Origin: Babesia bigemina
Taxonomy: Eukaryota
Direction: 5' to 3'
Length of the DNA stretch: 64,000 nt
Assembly: GCF_000981445.1 (NCBI RefSeq)
Contig: NC_027217.1
Location: 372,001 to 436,000, forward strand
Shown here: in pieces, positions 22,282-34,983 of the stretch
How the letters are laid out: the number at the start of each line of letters is the position of its first letter
How positions within the stretch are numbered: the stretch's first letter is position 1
Position numbers and translations under genes: made by a program
Notes under the pieces: generated by a model
Seen by the model: the letters and a program-made list of their open reading frames with translations, nothing else
The model's database searches: none
Told to the model about the DNA's origin: nothing

Positions 22282-23548
22282 ATGTGCGGTGTTACGCGCC
22301 TGGTAACGGCGTTATTCGCATTTCTCGCTCCCGGCAGATCCGCTGCCCTGCACAGCCTAGTCAGCCCGGTCTCTTTTTTCGGGTACGCAAAGCGCTGTCG
22401 CCAAATCGTGCATGTCCGCGCAGCTATAGTCACAAGAGCGTGCCAGTAGTGGGTGTTGTGAGGGAGTTGGCGGTGGTAGGCGCCGCCGTGTCGAGAGACT
22501 CAAATCGCTGCAGACAAACACAGCTGAGCTAAGATGCCCGGCGCAGCTGACCGTGCGAGTGCACAAGGCTGTGCTCAGGGATTCGACGTCGGAGAATGGG
22601 CTGGCGACTGAAAATGGAACGCGCGACGGCTCTTCGGACGGGGCTGGCACCAGCGACTGTTCCGAGTTCTTTCACAACAAGTGCATGAACTTGACGTCAT
22701 GTTCGGTACGTGCAGATTTGCCTCAATGCGCAACCGGCACGGCAGGTTTCGGTGTCGGAGTGCCAAGCTGCCTCCCACGCGAAGTCAGGAGCGTATAGAG
22801 TGGCGCTGAGCTACTCGTGCGAACCTGCCACGTACGTTTAGTGCATGCCGGAATCACGACGGAGCAGGACTCCAGGGCCGCTTTACGACGGCAGCTTGTT
22901 TTCGGAAGGCGTTCTACAGCGGTTCCTCATGTAGGGTCGACGCCAGGCGTGGACATATGCTGCAGGGTACCCGACGTGAACGCTGGCGAGGTCTCTTCCC
23001 AGGCGAATGTGGGATCGGGGCACTTTAAACGGGTGCTCCGTCGTTGCCTGGAGTCGGAGCAATGCAAATACGTCACCTGCGACGATGCGACGCTCCACGA
23101 CGGTACGTAGCTGCGTCCATCGCTCAACCAAAGCACGTCACAGACCAATACGTGGACGGGCGTCCCGCGGGGCGGTGCGCGCTTTTGAAACCGGAATCGT
23201 TTAGGCTCCCCGGGTACGCAGTGTACCCCAACTACGCAGGTTAGTTGCATGGTCTCCACGCAGCCACGCAATTCAGGTCTGTGCAGCAGGCCCTCGTACG
23301 TGAAGACGCGTGACTTCTACGAGGTGGCCAAGACGGCGCGCTCACACACTCACAGCTCTTTTACTATCGCATACAAACCCACGTCGCAGCTTGGCGTCAA
23401 CCCCCGCTACGCCGGTTGGGTGTGCCGCGGAGGGCCCACCATCGTTCCCATGGCGGGGCACGTGGTCGCAGTGCCCGCGGCTCGCGGACGCGGACCCACC
23501 AGGGCGGCGGCGCAACCCGGCACGTCGATGTCGTATAACAGTTTATAA
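22282..23548 (+). CDS. Predicted secreted Cys-rich protein with a SUEL/Gal_lectin-like domain, about 7 exons
   Basis: Signal-like MCGVTRLVTALFAFLAPGRSAA. GTACG/GTAGG/GTTAG..CAG introns join ELRCPAQLTVRVHKAVLR..CSEFFHNKCMNLTSCSVSVSEC..YRVALSYSCEP to downstream Cys-rich exons. One junction near 22830-22935 is uncertain. Confidence 0.6.
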
Positions 23549-23561
23549 GATTAACCCAGGT

Positions 23562-24270
23562 TCACTTGGAGTACTCCAGCTCCGGGCTGGGCTCCTTAAC
23601 CGTGATGGTGTCAGGCATGATAGTCGTCGGGCCGAGACGTCCCTCAGGGTCGTGGGGGTGCATAATCTTGACCTTTATGCCCAGCACGCCCTGCCTGAGC
23701 TGTACGGAGCGGGTGGCGGTGCTCACGAAGGTCTGGGCGGGCTGACCAGTGGAGATGATGTAGCCGTCCTTGAACTTCATGCTCTTGGCACGCTGCGCGC
23801 GCAGTTTACCGGAGACGATGACCTCGCAACCCTTGGCGCCAGACTCCATGATGTGCCTGAGCACACCGTAGGCCGCGCGCCTCACGGCGAGACCCTTCAG
23901 CAACTTGTACCTGAGCGATTCGGCCTGGGCCATGGCGCAGAGGCCCTTGTGCTCCACGCGCTCGGCGTACAGCTCCACGGTGTCAGGAGAAAAGTTGAAC
24001 CGCTTCTGAACGAGCGAAGTCAGCTCGCGGATCCTCCTCGCCTTCTCGCCGACGACCTCGCGGGCACGCGTGGCCTTGATGATGATCTCGGTGCGGACGG
24101 GCGTGATGCGGAGCTCCACGCCGGAGTAGCCATCCTCAGCCAACACGCGGGACAGGAACTCGTTGAGCTCGGCGTTGAACACGCCGTCGTTCAAAAACTT
24201 TCTCCGCTTGGATTTCTGAAACACACTGAGTCGACGTAGTGCAGCCGCTCACCCCTGTAGTGCCGAACAT
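23562..24270 (-). CDS. RPS3: 40S ribosomal protein S3, 2 exons
   Basis: [52 protein letters not shown]. Intron at 24216-24252. Confidence 0.98.
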
Positions 24271-25212
24271 CTTGACGCAATCTTAGTTAAACACACTCTG
24301 CGAAAATGTGAAGTCCGTGGAAGCGACATGAACACGGGAAACGGCGCTCACGGCCGCGTAGGGTCGCGGCGTGGGCGGCAGGCCGAAGAATCGGAGCCAA
24401 CGAGCCCTCGCGGCGGCCCACATCGCCCTCCGCTAGCGGTACAAACACGCGAAATCAGATTGTGACACTTACCTAGAGAAGTGGAAGAGTTGAAGCCAAT
24501 GAACGACGCGAAGGGCGAGGGAGCCTCTCCGCTGTGGGGAACGCTGGGTTGAACACCCGGGGTGTCTGACAAGTTAGGCGATCACTTTGTGAAGCACCTC
24601 GAGCGTTTGTCGCTGCGATGTGTGCCATGTGATAAAGTAGTCGTCGACGGCTATGTGTTGGCTGCCGGCACGCCCGCAGTAGAATCCTGCTCCGGCACGG
24701 CGAGGTGGCCGCGGGCACAGATTGCGGCCGCAAAATTATACTGTGAGATTTAGTGTGGTTATGTGGGCGGAGCAGAGTTGGATTCGGTAGTGCCGTGCCT
24801 TAGTAGGCGACGGCTCACCGTGACGGCAACGACCTGGCAAACTTAAACACTCGATTCCCGTAATATGCAGCAGCGCTGGTGCTCAACGTGGTTGACTCGG
24901 CGGAGACGCTGGCTTTTCACTGCCCTAGACTCGCCGCCAGTGCGTACTGGCCGGGTACAGCCACGCCGTCTCCACCGGATTTGCCGTACGCGGCGGGACG
25001 GCGGGACCTGCCCAGTACTCATTCAGGTACCACTTACTGACACCTGAAAGCAATTGGTTGCGCTCATTGCACATCATGCCACTTGTGCTCACTTTTGTTT
25101 TTGATATTTAACTGGCACAGCATAGGCACGCTCGTACGCCGCGTTGCAGTAATTAGCCTTTCGAACGAAATAGGCAAACTAGTGAAACTTAGTAGCTCAA
25201 CTATCGATCGCG

Positions 25213-26760
25213 ATGGACGATATGGATGGACGCAGAGACTCCCGCGAGGAGGTGATACCGGATGCATCCGCTGAAGTAGGAAGGACGTACGACAACGTTG
25301 AGTCACCTGTGCCGGGCAACGGCTTTGGCGAACACGACGTCCCGGTGTTCTCCCCCAAATGTCCGATGGCAGAAATGGAAAAGGAAGAACCCAAGGGTAG
25401 CGATGTTGAAATGGGAGAACGACGTCAGTCCAACTTCGGTGCTGACGCCTCTGGACTGACACCAAGCCGTGGTGATGTGTCAACAGGCGACTACGTCCGC
25501 CCGGAGGTTACCATTGGCACCTTCCAGCGCGACTTCGAAGACGAGGAAGAGGAGGAGGATCGCTTGTTCATGAACCCCCTAGACCCAAGAATTGATGACC
25601 ACCAATACAGGTAATTTAACGGTCCCGTGACCACGCAAAAACTCGCAGGCTTCGCATGTTTGCCATTTTCGGGTTCCTGCCATTCTTCTGGGTTGGGTGG
25701 CTCGTCGGCGCCATATACGGTTGCGTGAAGAAGGGAACCAAGCCTATCCACAAGAAGGTAAGGGTAGGGATTCACTAATTTCACACTACTGCAGCTGACG
25801 GTGTTGCTCTCGCAACTTACATTCATCGTAGGAGTGCTCATCACGGTGCTAACTTTGGCGATATACTTCACATTGCCGGTAACGAAGCAGGATAACCTGG
25901 TAATCCAGATGCAGCCTTTGATACCATCTGGCCTCACTGCTGGTGTACCTTTACTGGAGAAATCCAAGAAATGTGGAGCGCTTACAGTCGACATGTACAG
26001 ACGTGAGTTGAAAGTTAAATTCGGATCATTATTCGCAGATGTTCACGGCAATCGACCCAGTGATAAAACGACGGTGTTCGTTTTTAAAGGCCTTGATGCA
26101 GAGTGGTCAGAGCATAAAATATTCACTGGTGAGTTCGGTGCACAGCTACCTAACGAACCCGCAGAAACGTACAGTGCCAAGGACGATATCTTCGCGGTCA
26201 ACATAACTGCCGGTGACCCCTCCACGATAAGGGATGAGGGTACGGCCGGCAACATATACGGATTGCCCAAATTAAATGTGCTAATGAAGTGCATGGATGT
26301 CAAAGCTAAAAAGATTCATCTAGTAGCTACGTTTGACGATAAAGATGCCGGGGCTTTCAAGCCAGATGAAAGTCAAGACCCGTACGAGACCATCCTCGCT
26401 GTCGGCTTGTTCGAGCCCACCGATACCACTTATTTGGGCAATCCAGCAATACCCAGCTACGTTGGCTTCGTGAACAAGCAAATCATGTGCAATAAGAAAA
26501 ATGTCTATTTCCCGGTGGAAATAACAGGCGCAAAAGAGTTGAGTTACGAAGCGCGTAACAAGGGCTACGGAGAATTGAAAAAGTATCTTACCGATCCAGC
26601 AAAAGCCCGATCACTCACCGCAAAGCCATTGAACTTGGGATTTTCATACACAACTCGTGAGCTCCTCACCAAGACACAAACAGCATTGAAGGCACTCATG
26701 GAATACGAGAAGGTAAAAGACACCGCCTCAGAAAGCAAGAGATTCAAGTCGTGTCTTTAA
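25213..26760 (+). CDS. Hypothetical two-TM membrane protein with acidic N-terminus and large C-terminal domain, 3 exons
   Basis: Introns at 25611-25648 and 25758-25794 keep frame. TM segments MFAIFGFLPFFWVGWLVGAIYG and LTFIVGVLITVLTLAIYF. Confidence 0.75.
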
Positions 26761-26774
26761 TCGTAAACAGTGTG

Positions 26775-29700
26775 TCACAGCGATCGGGCACCATTGTTAT
26801 GTGATATCACGTACGCCTGAACCCAGTTTAATTCTCGGTCAATGTAGCCTACCATGTCTATGTGATGTATGGGGAAGTTGGGCGGAGGCGCGCAGATGAC
26901 GCAGTTCTCCATAGGCCCGTTGCCCCTGAACCAGTTCGATTTCGCAGCAGCCTGGACTTACACCCTGTAGATTCCGATCATGACCATGTTCCGCTTCTCG
27001 AAGAGGTAGTTGAACAGGTGGCCGAATGTGCGCTTGTTGGAGTCCAGCGTTATGTCCGTGGTCGGTATAAGCATGAGGCCTTTCTGCGCCAAAATGCTAC
27101 CGGAGGCGACGTCACTTACGAATTTGTGCGCGGAATCGCGAACGCATGCAAGATCCATCAGTATACGATAGATGGAGAAATCCTCTTGCACTAGCATAGT
27201 GTTCATGCACAGGCTGTACAGCATCTCGTCGCTGATGAACTGTCCCATGGAGTACTCCAGGGAGTGGATGTACGCCAGGGACGGGTCCAGCCTCTTGTCG
27301 AGCACGTTCCACGCCGACCACTTGCTGTCGTCGAGGTACGACACATTGGAGGCGTTGTGCAGCTCCACCAAGCTGAAAATGTTAGAGTACGGGTTGTTCA
27401 CCGCGTTCTTCTCGCTCATGTTGCTCTGGATGATGTTCTTCAGGTGCCGGTACGTGACGATCGTCTGCAGGTCGAGATCGATATCAGATATACCCGGTTC
27501 TTCGAGGTCGGGACTGCGCAGCACGTAGAGGTAGCACGCACGGTCGAGTTCAGCCCTGGGTGAAATGAATTGCACCGAACGTGGGCGTACCTGTTGACGT
27601 CCCCCTTCTTCAAAGGGTCGCCGTCGATCAGGGCGAGGAAGCTCCTGAACCGTTGTAAAATGGCGATATTGGCCTTCGACGAAATCTGTTCGGTCAGTGT
27701 GAGCTTTTTAAGGGGCCATACCTGCCGTCCGAACAACACCACGTTGAACTCGTTGAGCTCCTCGAAGTACAGCAGCAGATGAATCACGAACTCGGAGTAG
27801 CCAATGATGGCGATGATAGGCCTGGACGGGTTGTCGTAGACGTATCTGCTGGCAAACGTGATCGACGTGACGATGATGGAGTTCACATCAGGTACGTGAT
27901 CCATGAGGTTCTCTCTTTCCGACATGAACTTGCTTTCAGCCGACGTGTACAGTGGTGGGGGTAGAATCTCGATGGCACCATCCACGTCATCTCGGCCATC
28001 CTTCTCCACGTGTACCACATTTCCCCACTTCTCCAAAAACATGGTGATCATGGTGTTCCTCAGCGCGACCGACGACGAGTGCCTCCCCGCCGCAACGAAG
28101 TCCGTCTCTACCGACGCAGTGGATGTGGAATCGGCGATCAAAATCGCCCTGTCCCCCTGGTTGATGACATAATCGTGGCTCGCCGGGTTAAGATGGTAAG
28201 TGTGGTAAGCGCTGTCGGCATGCATGACGCCGATCGTTATGTACCCGTGACGATTGTATAGGTTCAAGCAGAGTGTCTGCAACGCCATTGTGCACCACCA
28301 GTGATCACATTACCTCGAAGCTCACCCCCACAAGCCTTTCGGGGATCTCGCAGATGCGAAGCCGCTTACCGATGCCAATGAGGTAGTGAGTGTACAGGTC
28401 GCTGCTGCCCCTGCACTCCTGCTGCTGCTTCCGGTCCTGCGGCATGACGGCATTGTGAGTTAGCGAAAGGTTTATCACCAGCGTGATGATTCCTGGGCAC
28501 GTAATATTTTTTGCGATGAGCGCCGTTTTGAACCTGTACAGGTTCATGTTGCGTCCGAAGGCGTGTAACGAAATCTGAGGCCCGATAGAAGAACAGAACT
28601 GCACAACCACGTTGTCGCTGCTCAGACCGAATTTCTTCAGGCTGATGAGCCGCGCCACGGTGTTCATGTCCGTCTTGCGCGCATCTGGGTTCTTGAAAGT
28701 AGAGAGCACGAACGTAGCAGCGGCGTCCTTGGCCTTAATAGTGTGGAGGATGTCGACGTTGCCGTCCAGGCCGATGTCATCCCTGATGATACATAGCGAC
28801 AGTCGCAGCAGCTTGGCCTGGTTAATTTGCGTTTCGTACGTTTCTATGCTCAGGTTTGACAGCACGATGATTTTCAGCTTCAACCCCGCATAGTACACCT
28901 TGGAGATGAACAGCGACAGCTGGATGGGGTCGACGTCGCCAATGAGTATTATAAAAGCCTCCATAGGTCCCCTAAACGCCGTTATAAAAAAACTCTTAAA
29001 TCTTACCAGGAGGAGATGTGGCCACTGATCCGGTTGGTGCTCCCCACGCCTTGAATGAAGTTGTTCATTTCGTAAGGGATCCACACGATCATACATGAGA
29101 CGAAGCAGACCGATACCATCTTGGTTTCGGTGGTCATTGGCACCACATCACCATAACCGACTGCGGGTGGTTAAGGGCTCTCGCCGGCAGCGCCACACTC
29201 ACCGGTAGCAAAGGTGATAAAGGCAAAGTAGAAGAACTCCGCATACTGCGCCAGAGAATACGAATATGCGTTATCGTTCGCTTCTGAAGGGTGTATACCT
29301 TGAAGCACATACATGGAACCTGCGGTGGGAGTGAGGTGGTGCAGTGTGAAACCTACTGGCGAAAGCGCTAGCCATGAGGAAGATACCAAGTGCAATCTTC
29401 CAAACACGATGGGCCCTGCGTTCGATACCGACATTGAAGATGTTTATAAGCCTATCCAGGAGCAGGAAGTATTTTATCCAGATGAGGAATCCCAACATCC
29501 AATAAATTTTGAAGAAGGTGAGGTGGTGGAAGAACAGCAGTTTCACAAACAGGGTCATGGGCGGTAGTATACATATGTTAATCCAAAACAGCGATGAGCA
29601 CAGCACATCTTTGATGTCGGTGGTGCCGAGTATGAACAGGCATAACTCGGTGTTAGTCTGCACAGTGTCACAAACCAGCCAATGCGACCCACCAGTGACA

Positions 29701-30461
29701 GCGACCCGTAGTGGAGCCTGTAGATGGACTGCGGCGTGCGGGAGAAGTCCCATTCTTGCGTGTGGTGGTTCCGACGCCAGTAGGTCAGCGTCATCAGCCA
29801 TAGTGTGAGCTTGAGGGAATCCCAGAAGAGCAGCGTGATGTAGGAATTGTGCATCATGAACGTCAGCGACAGCTTGGCGTAAGAATACCACACCTTGGCT
29901 TTTTTCAAAGCTGATAAGAAGTGACACGCACGTGACCGTCACAGTACCTAAGATTGCGATGCTCTTGGGGGTGTGCTGAAACCTTCCAGGCTGCTCCTCG
30001 TTGAAGCGGCCCACGGAAGTGTCGATGTGCGCCAGCCCGTCGACCTGCCGTCTGCAAACCTTAGCGCCATGCAACACCAAGACGTACCTACGCAGCACAA
30101 GGCTGTCTTTGATGGTCTTAATGACCGTCTGGATGACCTGGAATATGTAGAGCGTGAGGGGAAAGAGGACCGCCCCGACAACGATAGGCACGAATTCATC
30201 CCACAGTGAGTCATCTGCGTTACATCTCAGCCAACAAAACTTAACCACTCACGTTCCACAGCTGTTATCACAGTCACGAATAACGAGCAAGTGAGTACAG
30301 TGATCAACACGCAGTCGAATATGCCTTTAATGAATGTCTTCAACGTTCGGGCGTCGGTCCTCAGCTTCTACAGGAACATGTGAGCGAGACTGCATAACCG
30401 AAAAGGCCAGACGACACCGAATGGCTCTTGAACGTACCTTGTCATCCGGTACTACCGACAT
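26775..30461 (-). CDS. BK/Slo-like potassium channel with RCK domains, multi-exon
   Basis: Pore FFYFAFITFAT|VGYGDVVP, several TM exons, RCK-like AKNITCPGIITLVINL and C-terminal MIGIYR..VICAPPPNF. The terminal exons were predicted by eye. Confidence 0.88.
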
Positions 30462-31242
30462 GGTCTCTCGCACGGCGTGATCCGAGCCGCTCTGCAGCGC
30501 TACGCCCGGCCGCGGCAGTGGCTGCCGATTCCTACATGCTCTACATGTAGGATGCCGTGTATTTTTGCGGCATTTTGACGTCAATAAATGGAACCAAACA
30601 CGCCCCTGAGCGGTTAGCTTTCCCGAACGCCAGTGCCAGATCCTACCGCGCGTGAGTTATGCAATGGTGTGCATACGCCCTTAGCGGCCTATGGACCACA
30701 CTAAGCTTTGCCGCTACAATAGGGTGGTACGCTAATTATTCGGATTCATCTTGCCGCATTGTTTACAAACGGCATTCCAGTGATTCTACTGGTTGGCGCG
30801 CTGTCTAGTAGCGGTTGGTCTACAGGAATCGAGATGGACTGTGAGCTTTTCAGTGCAGACGTCTGCGTCGCGTGATATTCCGATCAGTTCTTAGTATTTT
30901 CCGGTCTATAGACGTGTCTAATTAACGTTTGTGCATCCCTAAGCGCGCGCTGCCGTGGTGGAACGTAACAGCAGAAATAAAGGTTTACAGCCGAAAAAGG
31001 CAGTACATTGAAGCATCATTGGGACACTGTAAATATATGTATGAACTATGCCTTCGTTGGGCCACAAATAACGGGTGCATTTGCACAGGCGATTAGGCTG
31101 TCTGGCAAGCACGGTGACGACACCCACGCTTGCACGGACCCCCTTCTGTCACAGCTACTAACATGTATTAGCGCGTTTGTGCGCGTCAACGTGCAATCGC
31201 AGGCTGAGGCGTGCTTGCCCCTGGAATCGCAACGCCTACGCC

Positions 31243-31556
31243 ATGATATCCTTCAGCCGGCCCCTCCTCGCCGTGCGATACCGCAACTGGGAGCGCTCGT
31301 AAGTTGCTGCCGCCAACTCGGCCGTTGACAGCCGTGCAGCCTTAGAAGGTTCAACAGGAGCTTGCGGTGGAACTTGTGCCGCTGGCTAACCCGAGGCACG
31401 TACGAAAACATGAAATTTCGCAAAGGCTGGAAGGCCACATTCGTCAACCCGCAGAAGCGAGCCTTGCCTGCGGACAGCCGCCCCGTACAATACTGCGACA
31501 TGGACAAGTTACACAAGCAGGACCGCGAATACCGCACTAGTCTGAAATTTGATTAA
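31243..31556 (+). CDS. Small basic protein with mitochondrial-presequence-like N-terminus, 2 exons
   Basis: MISFSRPLLAVRYRNWERS|LRRFNRSLRWNLCRWLTRGTYENMKFRKGWK..SLKFD*. A GTAAGT..TGCAG intron (about 31299-31339) keeps frame. Confidence 0.7.
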
Positions 31557-33816
31557 GTACTAAGTTCAGTTCCTCCGTGGCTATCAGCATGGGCTCCGCT
31601 ACAGTGCTGATGGCTTTGATGGGTATGCGCATGAGGTCGTACGCGACGATTAGGTCATTCCGTGGCTCCACACCCAACTCGATGCTCTTGTAACGCTGGC
31701 TAAAGTGGGTCAAAATGGTTGCGCGGGCGCGGCACCGCTCGCCGATGTCAATCGCCTCCGAAAAGGTCGTGTGATACCGGTTCGTGGCCTGCGCCTGATC
31801 ACTGTCGTTAAACGACGCTGCGGAAAGTGTTAAATACTACGCCTCGACGTACCCTCCTGGATCAACACGTCGCAGTCCATGGCAGCCTCGATAAGGCTGT
31901 CGCACGGGCGGGTGTCGCCCGAGTACACCACGCTGCCTATCGCCTCGTGCGTCAGCCGAACGCCCACGGAATCCGATATGTGGTCCACGGCGAAAAAGTT
32001 GAACTGCATTCCAGAATTGCACACCGGCACAGTGTGCTTCCCGCCAATCACGGTTTCGATGCCGTCATAGTCGATTGGCGAAACGTTATTTTTGTAAAAC
32101 TCCATCCACTGCAAAATGCGCGCGGGCGCGAATACAGTCGGTCGGTCGTTGACTTTGCACATCTTGCCGTATTTGTATCGGTAGGCTAGCAGGCTGCAGA
32201 CGCCCACATAGTGGTCCCCGTGTGAGTGTGACACTACAATGGCCCTGCGACGTGTTGACATCACAGCGGTCATTCCTACCGTATCGCGCTGATGGTTTCG
32301 ACAAATTCGCCCATGGTGCTTGAGCACAGGTATATCTGCTGAAGCGTCCCTACACCGGCGTCAAGGATGACGGCGCAAGCCTTGGACAGCCTGAGCAATA
32401 TACCCGACACGTTTCGTATCGGCCCAGGGGCAGCGCACCCGGTCCCCAGAAACGTGATGGAAGGGTCACTGAGTAGGTTGTCATCCAAACTGTCCATCAT
32501 TGGCACGTCATCCTTGTCAAACAGCTCCTGTGAGTACCCGCAGCACGCGAAGTCCTCGACGACAGTCGCCTGCGGGACTAAATGACGCCTATGAGCTCGC
32601 TCGCGCGTACCTTATGCGCCGGATACATCACAATTTTCGTGAGCGGCCGAAGGAAGGTGCTTTGCTTCGGCTGGTTTTCTTGCCCCTCTTCATCAACGGC
32701 GAACCCGAAGAACTTGTCTTGGGGGTTCGGCGGTGTTGGGAAGAGCTGCGGCGCAAATGTCGCATGCACACTGTTGAGGTAGTGTGCTTTGGTAAGTGCG
32801 ACGTGCTTTCTAGTCTCGTCTAACGGCCTGTATCGAGGGTCAAAGGATGATGCCGCGTCACCTACGCATCACATCGAATATGCATAGCGCACGGTGCCTT
32901 CCCCGCCACCAGATCCTCGGAATCGGTAGTGTTCATCCAGAAAACGTAGTCCAGTCGGCCTACTAAATCTCGAGCCTTATCCACCTGCACGAAATTTACG
33001 TAATCTCGGTATCTCCCCACGTTGTCTAACGATGCCGGCCCATTGCTGTGCATGATCAGGGATTTTCTGCCCCTCAACGGAGAGCCGATGACTTGCTGCG
33101 GATGCACCCAGGAACCATCCGCAACCTGCACCGCCTGGCCTTTCTTCAGCAGACCGAAGTCGGACCCTTTTGTGACCTGCGTGATTGTTAATGCTTTACG
33201 CGATAACGCGACTCACACCCAGACGGCGCGCTTCATGTGGAAGAAACGGCCCCGACTCGTTGTCAAAAGCGATGACGTAAGCGACATTCAGGTTCACAAC
33301 GCTGTCTACCACGTGGAACGTGCCGTAATCCGTGTCACCCCTGTAGGACGCACCATACACGGCCACGCCATCCTCCCTGGCTAGCTCCACAAATGTTGTT
33401 TCGGTGATTTCGTGGGCATAAACTTCAAGAGTTGCACTATCGGGATCATGTCGCAATTCTAGGAGCCAACCAACTTTGTGAAGGATTGCTCCTTGATGGC
33501 TTCCACAAGCGCCTTGGTCGGAGGCGGTCCAAATATTCGCAGGGTCTCGATAGACGTCCGTTCTACTGCCAGAAGAATCCCCGTCAGTCCGTCTACTGTC
33601 GAAGAGTTCACGGCGGTCAGGAAGATGCAGCCAATCTTCCCTATTGAGAGTTTGTGTGTGTAACGGAATCTGCACGGCGGTGAGCAAGGAACGCGGGAGT
33701 GCCTACCTCTGCGAGTTTTCTCCGACGTTAAAAAGGTAGGTATTGCGGTATGTCACCAGCTGCAGCGAGGGAGGCACAGACAGGTTGTACCACCCTATCT
33801 GCTGTACGTACGCCAT
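31537..33816 (-). CDS. ELAC2: tRNase Z long form (ELAC2/Trz1), multi-exon
   Basis: YLFNVGENSQR, FLGTGCAAPGPIRNVSG, LDAGVGT, VSHSHGDH, YSGDTRPC, THFSQRY. Confidence 0.92.
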
Positions 33817-34074
33817 CACGACGAACAGTGTGTAGGTCCAGGCAGTAAAATCACCACTGCGCAGTACGTACCGTCATACACACTGCAGATATGCAAAGTA
33901 TATGTTTTGAACCGCTCTTTTTACGCTTGCTAAACTTTGCAGGTCCGTGACTCTATCGGAACGTGACTTTTGAACATGAGAAGTGCGATCGACGCGGTTC
34001 AGTACGTGCGCTTAAACTCGCGTGGACACTTCTGAAGGTGACAGACTCGCCGTGGTACCTAACTGTTCTGATGT

Positions 34075-34983
34075 ATGGCGCTAAGTGCGGGTGGAAGGAT
34101 GGATAATCTGGAGGTTTTCGCAAGGCGGATAGCGGAAAGCGTCAAACCGGAGTGGCAGCTAATTCCGGACCCAAACAGCGCCGAGTGGCAGAAGTCGTTC
34201 GACAGCGTCGTAGACGCGTATTTGAAAGGAGAAGGAGCGTCTTGTGACTATTACAAGGATATCACAACGCCGGTGGCTGCGCTGCCGCATGCCAACCTCG
34301 ATGGCACCACCCCGGAGGAACGATTCGCGCTTGCTTGCCGCATTCACGCTATAATGGAAGGTCTCTGGTTGGCAGGTAGGCGCAATATAGATGCCATCGA
34401 GCAGTGCGCCCGGAGCTCCCCCTTAAAACTGGATGACGTCGTATCTTACGCGCTTAGACTGCGAGGGACCACCTACTCCCCGCCAGAAAACATGAATGTA
34501 CATGATCCAACGCAGCATTACGATATGTTCCCGCGGTACCATTTCCTCGGCATGCCGGATGTGGCCCAGATGCACGCGTCACGCCTGTTTGCGCTCAGCC
34601 GACTGGCTCAGCAGTCCTCAGCGCCCCGCGTTATTTTCGAAGCGGTGGGAGAGGATATGCACCGTATGCGTCTGGAGTGTGCGACACCGGGCGCAGAGGT
34701 GCATTATCAAACGCAACGCGTTAACACGCAACAGATCAACCCGCAGACGGGCCAACCTGCAGTCTACACCACCGCTCCGGCCATATACGACTCTACGAAA
34801 AAGTTCAACTTCAAGACGATTTGTAACCCCTTTGTAGTTTTCGCATGGTCTACGTGTGAAGGGCTGCGTCCATCAGAGATGGTTAAAGCGGAATACGTTC
34901 CGCCTTCTGTGGCAAAACAAGAGACTGGTGCCGCGTCAAAAAAAACTTTCGGATTCTTTCTTGGCAGAGAAAGGAAGTCTTGA
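34075..34983 (+). CDS. Mediator Med4-like protein with C-terminal Fn3-associated/CHB_HEX_C-like domain
   Basis: LDDVVSYALRLRGTTYSPP..PDVAQMHASRL resembles the Med4 C-terminal motif. LECATPGAEVHYQT..EGLRPSEMVKAEY resembles Fn3_assoc. Confidence 0.6.
   Translation: MALSAGGRMDNLEVFARRIAESVKPEWQLIPDPNSAEWQKSFDSVVDAYLKGEGASCDYYKDITTPVAALPHANLDGTTPEERFALACRIHAIMEGLWLAGRRNIDAIEQCARSSPLKLDDVVSYALRLRGTTYSPPENMNVHDPTQHYDMFPRYHFLGMPDVAQMHASRLFALSRLAQQSSAPRVIFEAVGEDMHRMRLECATPGAEVHYQTQRVNTQQINPQTGQPAVYTTAPAIYDSTKKFNFKTICNPFVVFAWSTCEGLRPSEMVKAEYVPPSVAKQETGAASKKTFGFFLGRERKS

Noticed and set aside
22430..23450. Alternative minus-strand spliced gene model
   Set aside because: It gives a featureless peptide with weaker splice sites. 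The plus-strand model has canonical donors, a signal peptide and a coherent Cys pattern.
23310..24239. 309-aa plus-strand ORF
   Set aside because: It is largely antisense to RPS3.
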